A stretch of DNA of 64,000 nucleotides from Nitrosopumilus sp. (GTDB lineage Archaea > Thermoproteota > Nitrososphaeria > Nitrososphaerales > Nitrosopumilaceae). Location: positions 32,001 to 96,000 of the forward strand of contig CBDBGZ010000008.1 in the NCBI GenBank assembly GCA_965205425.1, written 5' to 3'. The position numbers and the translations under genes are program-made. The notes beneath the pieces are model-generated. The model ran no database searches and had not been told where the DNA came from. It saw only the letters and a list, made by a program, of their open reading frames with translations. Shown here one piece after another: positions 10,733 to 21,755 of the stretch; the first letter of the stretch is position 1; each line of letters opens with the position of its first letter.

Positions 10733-10822
10733 ATTGAGAACATGATCAAATTGAATCAATTACACAACTCATCTAATAATTGAGTTTATCTGATATAAAA
10801 AATTCTCAAAGTCCGTTGGTTC

Positions 10823-11248
10823 GTGACGGCAGCTTGTGTGTTCTTGACTGAATCAATAGGCAAAGGTGATACCCAATCCGTCCTAAAAAAATTCCAAACA
10901 GCAGCTTGTGTGTTCTTGACTGAATCAATAAGCAAAGGCCAGGCTGCAAAGTCATTAGGGATTTCATCTCAGACCTTGAAAAAATACCTTGGATTTGCAG
11001 CAGTTCCAGAGAAACTAAAACAATTTGTTCCAAAAGAGTTGTCTCGTGATGATTGTACTAGATTATATCAAATTGTATCAAATGTACCAAAGGCCGTATC
11101 CATTGCAGAGAAAATTATTCCGTTAGATCAGAAACTACGAAAGGAATACCTCAAGGCTTTAAGTAGATCTCCAAAGTCATCACATCTAAAATTATTAAAA
11201 AGAGCCAGAGCAGGATTACTCCAACAAAGAGTCACAATTGAATTAACT
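10823..11248 (+). pseudogene. internal fragment of a ParB-like gene (paralog of 49942-50748)
   Basis: Near-identical peptide SLGISSQTLKKYLGFAAVPEKLKQF... It lacks the N-terminus, is cut by the IS end at 11249, and has an internal 30-bp duplication. Confidence 0.85.
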
Positions 11249-13447
11249 GAGACTTGGGCATAATGATTTACAAAAATAATTTCCAATATTTCTCTAGCAG
11301 CACAACATTCTCTTTACAGTTCTTGGATTCTCTGCACCAATTGCACAGTTGTAGTAAACTGTCAACTGATACACAAGAACACAAACCAACACAAATGATT
11401 TGACATTGTGCAATCCCTTTACAGGCAATACTCTGATGTCAAAAATATCTTTGAGATACTCAAATAGAGGTTCAATTGAGACTTTTCTATCTGCATACAG
11501 CTCTTGCCCAATTACAGAATTGTAAAACTCTACGAGTTTTATTCTCTCTGGCGGCGTATGCGGGTATTGTTTTATTGGAGTAATTAGTCTCAGATTTTTC
11601 TTGTTGCTAAATTGATGCAGTGAACCGTTGTCATATGCAGGATCACATAAGATATTCTCGACAAATCCTGCAAGAGATTCAGTTAGTATTTCATACATCT
11701 TGCCGTCATGAACATTTGCAGTTGAGACATCAGCAGACAATGGAACTATCAGTTTTCCAGTACTGCAACTCATATGCAGTTTGTACCCAAATATCCAACC
11801 CTTTGATTTTGAAAAACCCCATTTTGCATCTGTGTCAATTCCTGAGATTGGAATTCTATTCTTTTTCATATCTGACTTGTGCCATACTGGACCTACAGCT
11901 TTTAGCATGGAACTATCCACTGATGCAGATATGTCATCGACTAGTTTCTCTGATACAAACAGACTTTCCATATTACTGATTATATCACCAATTGGCAGAA
12001 CTTGGAATCTCCTGTCAATGGTTCTTCTGTTTGGGATTTGAGTTAGTCTGCAAACCTTGAGCAATTTATCATTGATACCTTTAGTCGAAAGGAAATAATG
12101 TAATGTATTGTTGCTTGGAATTCTCATCCAAGATTTTATGATGGACAGCTGTACCATTAGAATTGTAGAGTATACGTACGGTCTACCAAGTTTTCAGTAT
12201 CTCTTCATACAAAGACAACATTCCCACCAAATGTAACATACCAATAAGAAGTGATTCCGATAGAATCTTGTATCTTTTCCGGAAATTATTTCACCCCTTA
12301 ACTAGGAGAGCATCATTCCCATACTATCGTATGCGTGGGTATCGTGGCATACCTATGGTAAAGTTAGATGAGAATAAGATCAGGTGGATTATACAATCTA
12401 AAAATGAAAAAGTCAAGAATTTAGATATTTCAGTAATCCTCAAGATAACGCCTAGAAGAGTACAACAAGTCTACTCTCAGTACAAAAAAACCAAAAAGAT
12501 TCCCACACTCAAAAGACCAGGGCGTCCAAAAAAGCCAGTCACTGTACACGAGATAGAGCTAGTCAAACAAGTTCAAGAAAAATTTCATACAAACGCACTA
12601 TACCTTGAGAAAATCATATCAAAATTGTACAATACCAAGATAAACCACAATCGCATCCACAAGATTATGCTAGATGAAGGATTATCAGTTGAGCAACCAC
12701 GGAAAAAGATGAGAAGAAAGTGGATCAGGTATGAACGTGAATATTCAAATTCACTGTGGCATACTGACTGGCACACAATACATGATTCACGCTGGGCAGG
12801 AAAACAACTAATTGCATTTGAAGATGATGCCTCACGATTTATCACGGGTTTCGGAGTGTATGATGAGGCAACATCTGTGAATTCTTCTGAAGTACTATCT
12901 GATGCAATAAAGAATCACGGTAGACCAGCATCTGTACTATCTGATAATGGAAAACAGTTCACATCAAATGTCAATACTCTTGATCATAACAAGCCAGTAG
13001 ACTTTGAGCAGCAACTAATGAGACATCACGTAAAGCACTCTCGTACAAGAGTGAGACATCCACAAACAAATGGTAAGCTAGAAAAGTTCTGGGATATCTT
13101 TGAGTGTAAAATAGAATACTTTGAGTCAGTGGAGCAGTTTATGCATTGGTACAATCACATTAGAGTTCATGGCGCACTAGACTTGGATAACATGGAGACA
13201 CCATCTGATGCGTATCACTCCAAGATGATAACAAACGAAATACTCATAGACCCAAGCATTCTATGGAGGAATTACTCATGAAAGTGACACGAAATAATTT
13301 CTGGAAAGAACATCCGATAGAATCTTGTTAGGGATTTTCATTTGTTTTGACATTACAATGAACAAAACATGATAAGATCCTTAGCTTTTTCTATTTGAAT
13401 AATTTGAGAATTGACTCAAAAATTAGAATTAGTTATGCCCATGTCTC
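11249..13447 (-). mobile_element. IS982/IS5-like DDE element, disrupted by an IS481 insertion and a frameshift
   Basis: TIRs GAGAC(T/A)TGGGCATAA. Motifs VDSS / FGYKLH / CDPAYD / IEPLF. The true start is probably ATG 13341 (MKIPNKILSES), interrupted by IS481, with a +1 shift near 12190. Confidence 0.8.
12271..13312 (+). mobile_element. IS481-family element, 1042 bp, 15-bp target duplication
   Basis: rve motifs WHTDW, DDASR, SDNGKQF, PQTNGKLE. TSD TCCGATAGAATCTTG at 12256-12270 and 13313-13327. Confidence 0.92.
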
Positions 13448-13450
13448 AAT

Positions 13451-13572
13451 TATTTACAAAAATAATAATTAAAAATTTCAGTTATTTTTTTCAATATGAA
13501 AAACACCTAATTTAACAGTAAAAGTCTCTAATTTAACAGGCAGTTGAAAAGATCCTGAGATTCAACAGTGTA
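13451..13572 (-). mobile_element. solo IS/MITE end (terminus TACACTGTT(G/C)AATCTC)
   Basis: Homologous to 33289-33356, 51985-52104 and 59311-59370. Confidence 0.65.
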
Positions 13573-13587
13573 AAAAATGAAGAGGGA

Positions 13588-14505
13588 TTATGTATGAGAA
13601 CCACCTACAATTATTCTAGACCCCAATGTACTATCAAGTGATGCACGATTACTTGCATCAATTGATTCGGAATTTTGAATAACTTGGCAACTATTTCTCA
13701 TACCATCCACTGATGTATTTTCTGTATTTGAATCATAATGGATTTGAGTGCCGAAGATATTGGTATTAATTCTTTCAACAGATGTCATTTTAAAATATAC
13801 TTGATTGTGTTGTACACTTCTATCAAGGCATATTTTGGATTCAAATGTTATTGTACCACTAGGTGCTACAAACCATACTTCTACGTGAGAAGTTCCAGGA
13901 CCATAAGTAAGAGTCCTAATAGGGCAAGTTCCAGAGAAACCCCAGCCTGATGGATAACATGGAAAGAGTATTCCTGCTTGATTTGATAAACTGACATCAT
14001 TTGTATGAATGTCAGTAACTGTTGCAGCATACCCCTGTGTTTCAAATTCAGCTAATGCTTGATCGTATTTGTCAAAGTAGTATGATGGATTATCATGTAC
14101 TTTGTCTTCAGGACCAACACCAAATTCTTCTAGCTGGGAAAATATCTCATCATGTTGAATCTTTAATTCCTCAATTCTCTGCTCGTCATTTGTAGCGTGT
14201 ATCTGCAATGAAATTCTACTTGCCTCTACAAGTAATTCGTTTCTTGCAAGTTCATATGCACTTTGTGCTGTGATGAACTCATTTGCAGATTGTATGTAGG
14301 TTTCTTGTTGTTCTTCAGTCATATTTTGATAATCTTCATCAAGTTTCAAAAGATCAACATATACACCAACATCTCCTACAGGACCTACTCCATTTGCTTC
14401 TAGTTCTTCTCCGCCTGGTACCTCTTGTGCTGTAACATTACTCATTCCAGCTGGAATAAGTAATACAATTGCCAAGAGTGGTATTGTGTATTTGATTTTA
14501 TTCAT
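13588..14505 (-). CDS. secreted pre-pro-protein (family B effector candidate)
   Basis: Signal peptide, GVGPVGDV motif, LEEFGV...NPSYY pro-motif and an ES..CLD domain shared with 33462. Confidence 0.75.
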   Translation of the reverse strand: MNKIKYTIPLLAIVLLIPAGMSNVTAQEVPGGEELEANGVGPVGDVGVYVDLLKLDEDYQNMTEEQQETYIQSANEFITAQSAYELARNELLVEASRISLQIHATNDEQRIEELKIQHDEIFSQLEEFGVGPEDKVHDNPSYYFDKYDQALAEFETQGYAATVTDIHTNDVSLSNQAGILFPCYPSGWGFSGTCPIRTLTYGPGTSHVEVWFVAPSGTITFESKICLDRSVQHNQVYFKMTSVERINTNIFGTQIHYDSNTENTSVDGMRNSCQVIQNSESIDASNRASLDSTLGSRIIVGGSHT

Positions 14506-14866
14506 GTTCTTAGGATCAAGGATTGTATACTAGATTAAAAGAGTGGCGATTAGAAGGAACTGGTAAGTTAACGAGAATTGAATAATTCTTTGAGGATTTG
14601 GAAATGTATTATAAACCATGAACTATCCAAAGTTAAATGTAAAGAATCTTATTTTTGCTTGGCACATATTTGACGTATGTATTCTTGAAGATCTGGGGAT
14701 ATAGAAATCTTCTTTCCATCTAGTATGACGTCGTTTTCTCGCATACGCGCTATCCTTTTTTGGAGATATGTTTTGGAGATTTTTGTGTGTGCACTAATCT
14801 GAGATGTAGTGTGAATTGCATCATGTACGGTACAGCACAAAGCAGACACATCGTAACCATAACCAT

Positions 14867-16195
14867 ATGTGCCAAAATCAGCTAGGAAATTAGATGGTAC
14901 TTGCATTCGTATCAAGAAAGTAAGAAATGCAAACAAACACACTACCATTCCTGAAAAAAAATATTTGATGTTTGTAGGATTGGATGTTCACAAGAACTCT
15001 GTACAGGTGGCAGCAGTAGATGAGATTGGCAAATTGTTATTTAACAAAAAGATTTCCAGTGATTTTTCTGCTATTAGCAAAATTACATCCAAAATTCCAA
15101 AGAACGCAAAATATGTTTTAGAGTCATCATCTGTCTGGTATGGCCTTTATAGACACATGACAGACAAATTACATCTTGATGTTATACTATCTAATCCATA
15201 CAACACAAAGATAATAGCATCATCACTCAAAAAGACTGATAAAATTGATGCGTACCATCTTGCAAATTTGCTACGAGGAGGATACATTGCAGAATCATTT
15301 GTGCCAGATCACACAATTGTGCAATACAGACAGCTTGTAAGACATCGACACAAGATTGTGCGCATCATTGTAAAGATGAAGAATTCCATACATGGTATTA
15401 CACTACAGGAGGGAATCCATATCAAAGCAACACCATTTTCCTCAGAACACATACGTGCACTTGGAAAATTGGAGAGTTATAGAATAGATTCGTACCTACA
15501 AAGCATAAAATTTCACAAAAAGGAGGTTGCAAAAATAGATTCCATGATACGTCGCATGGTAAATGATAATCCTGACGTGTGTATTTTGACATCAATATCT
15601 GGAGTTGGACCATACACTGCATTGAGCATATTCTCAGAAATTGCAGAGATTAGTAGATTTTCAAATTCTCGCAAGTTATGTGCATATGCAGGGATTGTTC
15701 CATCGGTGAGAAATTCTGCAGATACAATACATCACGGAAGAATTACAAAGAGAGGAAGCACCATGCTAAGATGGTTGCTAGTGGAGGCAATTCATGCACA
15801 TGTTAGATGCGCACCAGATAGCGACATTACAAAATTTTACAATCGCATTAAGAAAAAGAGAGGGACCTCAAAGGCAGCAGTTGCTGCTGCATCAAAGTTA
15901 TTGCGTGTCATATATTGGATGCTAAAGGAGAGGAGAGAATTTATTCAATGTCATCAATAATTTGTAAAACATTACAGTTAGGAGTTTGGCCGCGTTTTCA
16001 CATTGAGGATGCATAATACCTCGAAACTATAACCGCGGTTTCACCTAATAAATGGATGAAGATGGTACTGAGGGAGATCCTCGAATAGATATGTGTCCGG
16101 TTTCATCTTTTGAAAATGAATGGGATCATCTCTAGCGGTAGCCATTCTCATGTGTTGCAAAAGAGTGCAAATGTTTTTAAAGATTTCACATAGAT
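14867..16195 (+). mobile_element. IS110-family element A (intact transposase 14869-15960, long 3' non-coding end)
   Basis: VGLDVHK, LESS, KTDKIDA, AYAGIVPSVRNSA (catalytic Ser region) and GRITKRG. Ends AT|ATGTG...CACATAGAT. Confidence 0.9.
15975..16195 (+). ncRNA. candidate IS110 bridge/seek RNA (element A)
   Basis: Nested stems TTAGG/CCTAA, CCGCG/CGCGG, GAGG/CCTC (twice) and GATGAA/TTCATC around internal loops. Homologous to 17310-17518. Confidence 0.65.
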
Positions 16196-17518
16196 ATGTG
16201 AATAAGAAGACAAGGAAATCAGATAGCATAAAAAATGAATCTAGTTCCAAGGTTCGTAAATACTCGGCTCCAAAAAAGATTACAAACAAACAGATTAGGA
16301 AGAAACCAAAGAAAGGCATGTTTGTGGGCATTGACCTGCACAAGAAGTTTCTTCAAGTAGCAATAATGGATGATGCAGGCAAAGTATTACAAAATGACAA
16401 AGTGGATAACACTCATGAATACATAAAAAAGCATTTTGCAAAAATACCAATTTCTGCAAATATTGTAATGGAATCCTCATCAGTCTGGTATGACACGTAT
16501 CGATTTCTCACAGATACTTTGGGATACAAAAACGTCACACTCTCAAACCCATATTTGACAAAAGCAATTGCTGCATCAAAAAAGAAAACAGACAAGATTG
16601 ATGCCAAGATATTGGCAGATCTTTTGCGAGGAGGATACATTGCCACATGTTATGTTCCAGACAAAAAGATTGTACAACAAAGACAGCTCGTAAGATATAG
16701 GAAAAAACTAATCCAATGGAGAACATCTGTCAAGAATTCAGTTCATGGAATATTGTTACAAGAAGGAATCAGGATTCCAGGAGTTACATTTACTGAAACA
16801 TACAACAGAAGACTCAAGGCACTAGGAGATTACAGAATAGACGGATTCTTGCAACAAATCAGCCACACCTTAATTTACAGATTGCAGAGATTAATTCCAA
16901 AGTGTATGCTGCTGTAAAAGTTAATCCTGATGCAATTTTAATAAACTCGATTCCAGGAATTGGGCATTATTCTTCGCTTGTCATTGCATCAGAGATTGCA
17001 GATATTGAAAGATTCAATGATTCTCACAAACTGTGTGCATATGCAGGAGTTGTACCATCAGTTAGAAACTCTGCAGATACAATACACCATGGCAGAATAA
17101 CAAAACGAGGAAGCATGACATTGAGATGGGTTCTAACCGAGTGTATACACACTCATGCAATACATGCCAAAGATAGTGACATTACAAAATTTTACAATCG
17201 CATTAAAAAGAAAAGAGGATCATCCAAAGCTGCAGTAGCTGGTGCATCAAAGATCCTGAGGGTGATTTATTGGATGTTAAAGGAGAGGAGAGAATTTGTA
17301 CAAAATTATAGTTAGGACTGCAAGTCGCGTTGTAATTATTGAGGGACAAGGCCTCGTTTGATAACTGCGAACAATCCTAACTAGGATGAAGATAGCATTG
17401 AGAGAATAGTCTCGTATGGATACATGTCTGCCATCTTTTGATTGAAACCATTCTCTAGCGAAAGCTATGCCCTGATGTATGGAAAGAGAGGAAATGTATA
17501 AAAACAATTCACATGGAT
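16196..17518 (+). mobile_element. IS110-family element B (transposase 16198-17315, frameshifted near 16866)
   Basis: ORFs 16120-16917 and 16902-17315 join into one IS110 transposase after removing about 2 nt (CACAC). Sub-terminal IR ATGTGAA/TTCACAT. Confidence 0.88.
17310..17518 (+). ncRNA. candidate IS110 bridge/seek RNA (element B)
   Basis: Same stem scaffold as element A with compensatory changes (GAGA/TCTC versus GAGG/CCTC) and different loop sequences. Confidence 0.65.
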
Positions 17519-18281
17519 AATCACAGAGCAGATGGTACAGACTGTCCAGTCTACATTTGAAAAGTTCAGGTGTTCTGCAGTATTCTTGGAGAAAATAATT
17601 GATACTACTGGAACACACATACCTCACAATACCATACACAAAATTATGAGAGATGAAGGGTTGGCAGAAGCTCAGCCAAAGAAGAGGAGAAGACGAAAGT
17701 GGGTTAGATACGAGAGGACATATTCAAACTCCATGTGGCATACTGACTGGAAGAAGCTAGATGATGGCAGATGGTTCTTATGCTACCAGGATGACGCATC
17801 AAGGTTTATCGTCTCTCATGGAGTGTTTGCAGAAGCTACTACAGATAACGCACTTGTGGTATTACATGAGGCAATTGCAAAGCACGGTAGGCCTGCATCA
17901 ATTCTAACTGATCATGGCTCCCAGTTTTATGCAAACCAATCAGAATACAAGAGAAAAGGAGCATCACAGTTTGAGCAAGAACTGGTTAGACTTGGAATAA
18001 AACATATCATGGCAAGAGTGAATCATCCCCAGACAAATGGAAAGTTAGAAAGATTTCACGGCGAGATTCAGAGAAAGCAGAAATGGTTTGGCACCATTGA
18101 TGAGCTGGTCCACTGGTACAATCACATAAAGCCACACATGTCACTTGACTGGGATAATCTTGAGACTCCTGCAAAGGCATATGCAAGAAAGATGCCCGAG
18201 AAAGGAACAAGAGTTATTGATGAGCAGACAGGAGAAGAATACGATGTCAAATAAGGGACGAACTGATTTTGGGATACAACA
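17519..18281 (+). mobile_element. IS481-family element, second type, 5'-truncated
   Basis: WHTDW, DDASR, TDHGSQF and PQTNGKLERF motifs; ends ...GGGATACAACA. The HTH N-terminus is missing at the IS110-B junction. Confidence 0.85.
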
Positions 18282-18340
18282 AGGAAGCCACATGGATACA
18301 AATTATAAATAGAATCAATTTGTGTAGTATTAAAGTGACT

Positions 18341-18402
18341 GTGAATAATAAAATAAAGACTGTAATGTTTGCGGTTTTGATATTTTCAATGATTGTTATC
18401 GC
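18341..18402 (+). pseudogene. signal-peptide stub of a secreted gene related to 38690, cut by ISH3
   Basis: (M)NNKIKTVMFAVLIFSMIVIA versus MNDKTKAAMFSLLIFSIIVTV, with a similar upstream TAAATAGA..AATTTGT. Confidence 0.55.
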
Positions 18403-19721
18403 CAGTAGATGGGAAAGTAACTCAAATTACACATTCTAGGAAATAATTATTTTTGTTATTTCTAAAGTAATGAATAATTATCTTTACAAAGAAATATTTG
18501 AGAATTTCAATTGATATTATTGGTTTGTGATTTTGTACATTAGTTTCTTCTGAGATAATCAAATTAGCAATTATCCATGCATTGTACAAAATCAATGAAT
18601 AGTAAAAATACAACAATCTTATGGATTGGTTTGAACTGGTGGTTTTTGGTCTGAACCTTCCCACACATGCATATCCTGTTTCAATTCCCCAACGTTTCTT
18701 GTAATCAGTTGGAATGTTTTGTATGTTATATGATATTTCTTTTGGTGAAACGTTTGTTGCAAACACAACATACTGATCAATAATATTTGATTTTTTTCTT
18801 GCATTTTTGTTTGGTAGAATAACTAGATTAAATGATTCTACATGTCCTGATGATGATTTTATTGTGTATGGCGAGATTGACTTTCTATCTCCATTAACGT
18901 ATTGTAAAATGGCATCTTTGATTCGAGAATTCTTTTTTGCAGGCATTAGAAATTTCAGATTCTTTTGTTTTATTTCTGAAATTGTTCCAGCTGTGAAAAA
19001 CTCCCTATCCACTAGCAATAGTTTAATCTTGATTCCATTATTGATGCCATCAGAGAGTAATTTACGCACAAAACCGGCATTTGATATGTTGTCATACAAA
19101 GGATAACAACCTAGTTGAGCCCTGATTCTTTTTTCAACGCACTGCATGGTGCAGTAACTCTCAAAATGAGTAGTACTGTTTTTTGATTTTGATTTTATTA
19201 AAGAATGGTTTGGCAATTTGTCATATCTTGGGATTAGATGTTTGTCAATTGCCACAGTAACTGGTTGCTCCAATACTCCCAATTCTTGTAATTTTGATAC
19301 TGTACTATCCAGTGAACGATGTAATTGAATTTGCATTGTTTTTTGTGATATTTTTGATATGATTTTTCTCAACCATGAACCAGTTGGAGAATGATTCTGG
19401 GATTCCATTGCCAGTCTCTTTAATCCAGATTCAGAATATGAATTTCCCAAACACAATGACATGATAGAATTATGTGCGTCTGCATTGTGGAACCGTGAGT
19501 TATTTTTACTAGAGCATGGAAACAACAAGATATTGTACATTATTTTAGTGATAATCTCAAATGCTTTAGATAGTATCACGCCTTGGTGTGTCATGGTATC
19601 AAATGAAGTACAATGCATATTTGATGGAGTGACATACTTTCATCAAGCTTTTTCTATCTGAATAGATTGATTGAATAATTGATAGTTTTTGATCTAAATT
19701 GAGTTACTTTCCCATCTACTG
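18403..19721 (-). mobile_element. ISH3-like (IS4 superfamily) element, intact ORF 18422-19618
   Basis: TIR CAGTAGATGGGAAAGTAACT; motifs VAIDKH, LVDREF, YKKRWGIETGY. No TSD (flanks differ). Confidence 0.9.
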
Positions 19722-19991
19722 AATGTACCAAAGGCCGTATCCATTGCAGAGAAAATTATTCCGCTAGATCAGAAACTGCGAAAGGAATACCTCAAGGCTT
19801 TAAGTAGATCTCCAAAGTCATCACATCTAAAATTATTAAAAAGAGTCAGAGCAGGATTACTCCAACAAAAAGTTACAATACAGTTGAATAAAGGAAATGC
19901 TAGAAAGTTACGAGGTTTGGCAATGAGAAAAGATGTAGAAGTTACTGAGATGGCAGATATTATACTGTCAAGTTATTTGAAGAGAAAGTGA
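19722..19991 (+). pseudogene. 3' fragment of a ParB-like gene
   Basis: Encodes ...VPKAVSIAEKIIPLDQK...DIILSSYLKRK*, matching the C-terminus of 49942-50748. Confidence 0.85.
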
Positions 19992-20053
19992 ATTTAGGCA
20001 CAAAACAAGCTATCTTCTGAAATAAAACAATATAAAATTATCGTCCACATTAA

Positions 20054-20287
20054 TTATTCGGGAACTATTACATTTAGTGTCATTGTACTTACTACTCTTG
20101 AGAGTTTTCTAATTGTTGCAATGACTTTTTCAAATTCATCTTGATTTTTTGTCTGAATTTCTGCAATTACATCATATGCCCCAAAAGTTAGATATGCGTT
20201 GGAAATATCTTGCATCTGTTTTAATTCATCTACAATGTATTCTTCAGCTCCTAGGTCACAATTTAATAAAATGAATCCTTTGTGCAT
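20054..20287 (-). CDS. Lrp/AsnC ligand-binding domain protein
   Basis: GFILLNC...TFGAYDVIAEI...IRKLSRVVSTMTL. Confidence 0.85.
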   Translation of the reverse strand: MHKGFILLNCDLGAEEYIVDELKQMQDISNAYLTFGAYDVIAEIQTKNQDEFEKVIATIRKLSRVVSTMTLNVIVPE

Positions 20288-20337
20288 TGGTTTATCTTAA
20301 AATTAATACGCAGTTCGGGTCTTTAAGTTTTACAGTA

Positions 20338-21657
20338 TTACCATCTACTACGTCCGCCGTAGCTGTTTCTATTTCCATCTCTACCAATGCTTCTTCTTCT
20401 ACCGCCACGGTTATCTCTTGGATTTCCTCCCCCTCTTGAACCTCCGTATCCGCCAGAGCGCCCACCTCTAGAATAATTAGATCTTGATTGCCCTCCGTAT
20501 CTTCTTGATGGTGTTTGCCTTTTTAGTGGGTCTGGGATTGAAATTTGAATTCCCATTTCTTGATTTAAATCGGTAATTGGAACTTTGATTTGACGTTTGA
20601 CTAGATTCCAATCCCCTACTGATGAATATGAAACAAATGTTATTGCTCTTCCTTTTGCACCAGCTCTTGCTGTTCTTCCAATCCTGTGAAAGTATGCCAT
20701 CTCTTGATTTGGAACATCATAATTTACTACTAATTCTACCCTTGGAACATCAATTCCTCTTGATGCCACATCTGTTGCGACAAGAATATCTGCTTTACCG
20801 CTTCTGAATTTACCCATAGATTGTTCTCTTCTATGTTGCGACATGTCTCCTTCAATAGCTACTGCATTGTATTTTTCTTGATGGAGGAATTTAGCAACAT
20901 CTCTGGTTCTGTATTTTGTTGAACAAAATACGATGATTTGTCCTTTAATTGGCTTGATAAAGTCAATTAGATACTTGAATTTGTCTCTGTCTTTAATCAC
21001 TAAATATGATTGATCTATTCCTTCACCACTAAGATCATCTGCATCTAGCAAGAATTGTTTTGGATTGTTCAAATATTCTTCTGATAATCTTAAAATTTCT
21101 GTTGGCATTGTTGCTGAAAATAATGACATTACTCGCTCTTCTGGTGCTAAATCTAAAATGAATGAAATATCATCTACAAATCCCATATCTAACATGGTAT
21201 CTGCCTCATCAAGTACAATATGAGAAATGTCTCTAAGTTCAATTGAACCTCTTTTGAGATGATCAATTAATCTTCCTGGTGTGGCAACAACAATTTCAAC
21301 CCCTCTATGTAGTGCATCTAACTGAATGCCCATTCCTTGTCCGCCGTAAACTGTTGCTATTCTGATTCCTGTATGTTTTCCAAATTTTTTAATTTCATCA
21401 CTAATCTGCATGGCAAGTTCTCTAGTTGGTGCCATGATCAAACCTTGAATTCCTTGTTTTGGTTGAATTTCTTGTAGCATTGATAATGCAAATGCTGCAG
21501 TCTTTCCAGAACCTGTATGGGCTTGTCCTACAACATCTCTCCCTGAAAGTAATACTGGAATTACTGCTTCTTGAATTGGAAATGCTTCCTCAAAACCTTG
21601 GTCTGTAATTCCTTTCAGCACATCGTCGCTTAATCCTAAATCTTGAAATTTTGTCAT
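20338..21657 (-). CDS. DEAD-box RNA helicase
   Basis: Q motif, AHTGSGKT, PTRELA, DEAD, SAT, HRIGRTAR and an RGG tail. Start set at MTKFQDLGL. Confidence 0.95.
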   Translation of the reverse strand: MTKFQDLGLSDDVLKGITDQGFEEAFPIQEAVIPVLLSGRDVVGQAHTGSGKTAAFALSMLQEIQPKQGIQGLIMAPTRELAMQISDEIKKFGKHTGIRIATVYGGQGMGIQLDALHRGVEIVVATPGRLIDHLKRGSIELRDISHIVLDEADTMLDMGFVDDISFILDLAPEERVMSLFSATMPTEILRLSEEYLNNPKQFLLDADDLSGEGIDQSYLVIKDRDKFKYLIDFIKPIKGQIIVFCSTKYRTRDVAKFLHQEKYNAVAIEGDMSQHRREQSMGKFRSGKADILVATDVASRGIDVPRVELVVNYDVPNQEMAYFHRIGRTARAGAKGRAITFVSYSSVGDWNLVKRQIKVPITDLNQEMGIQISIPDPLKRQTPSRRYGGQSRSNYSRGGRSGGYGGSRGGGNPRDNRGGRRRSIGRDGNRNSYGGRSRW

Positions 21658-21755
21658 TTTGTTTTTCTCTCTTTGGCAATGACGAAAAAGCTCATTGCCC
21701 ATTCGTCATTATTCTGATGCTTGATCACGATTGTGGTCTAATAAACGCTTGTTAT

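Noticed and set aside
10829..10930. 30-bp repeat pair with a 42-bp gap as a mini-CRISPR or DGR TR/VR
   Set aside because: The repeat is ParB-like coding sequence with only two copies and no adenine-specific differences, and there is no reverse transcriptase in the window.
12268..12354. Long N-termini of the IS481 ORFs (also 48820)
   Set aside because: They begin in flanking DNA or the TIR; the likely start is MVKLDENK inside the element.
16120..16197. N-terminal extension of the IS110-B transposase
   Set aside because: It lies in element A's 3' end; the GTG at 16198 matches the starts at 6166 and 14869.
18619..19661. Short ORFs repeated within ISH3, IS630 and IS481 copies (e.g. 18807, 42363, 55297, 35458, 12585)
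   Set aside because: They are shadow frames, conserved only because the IS copies are near-identical.
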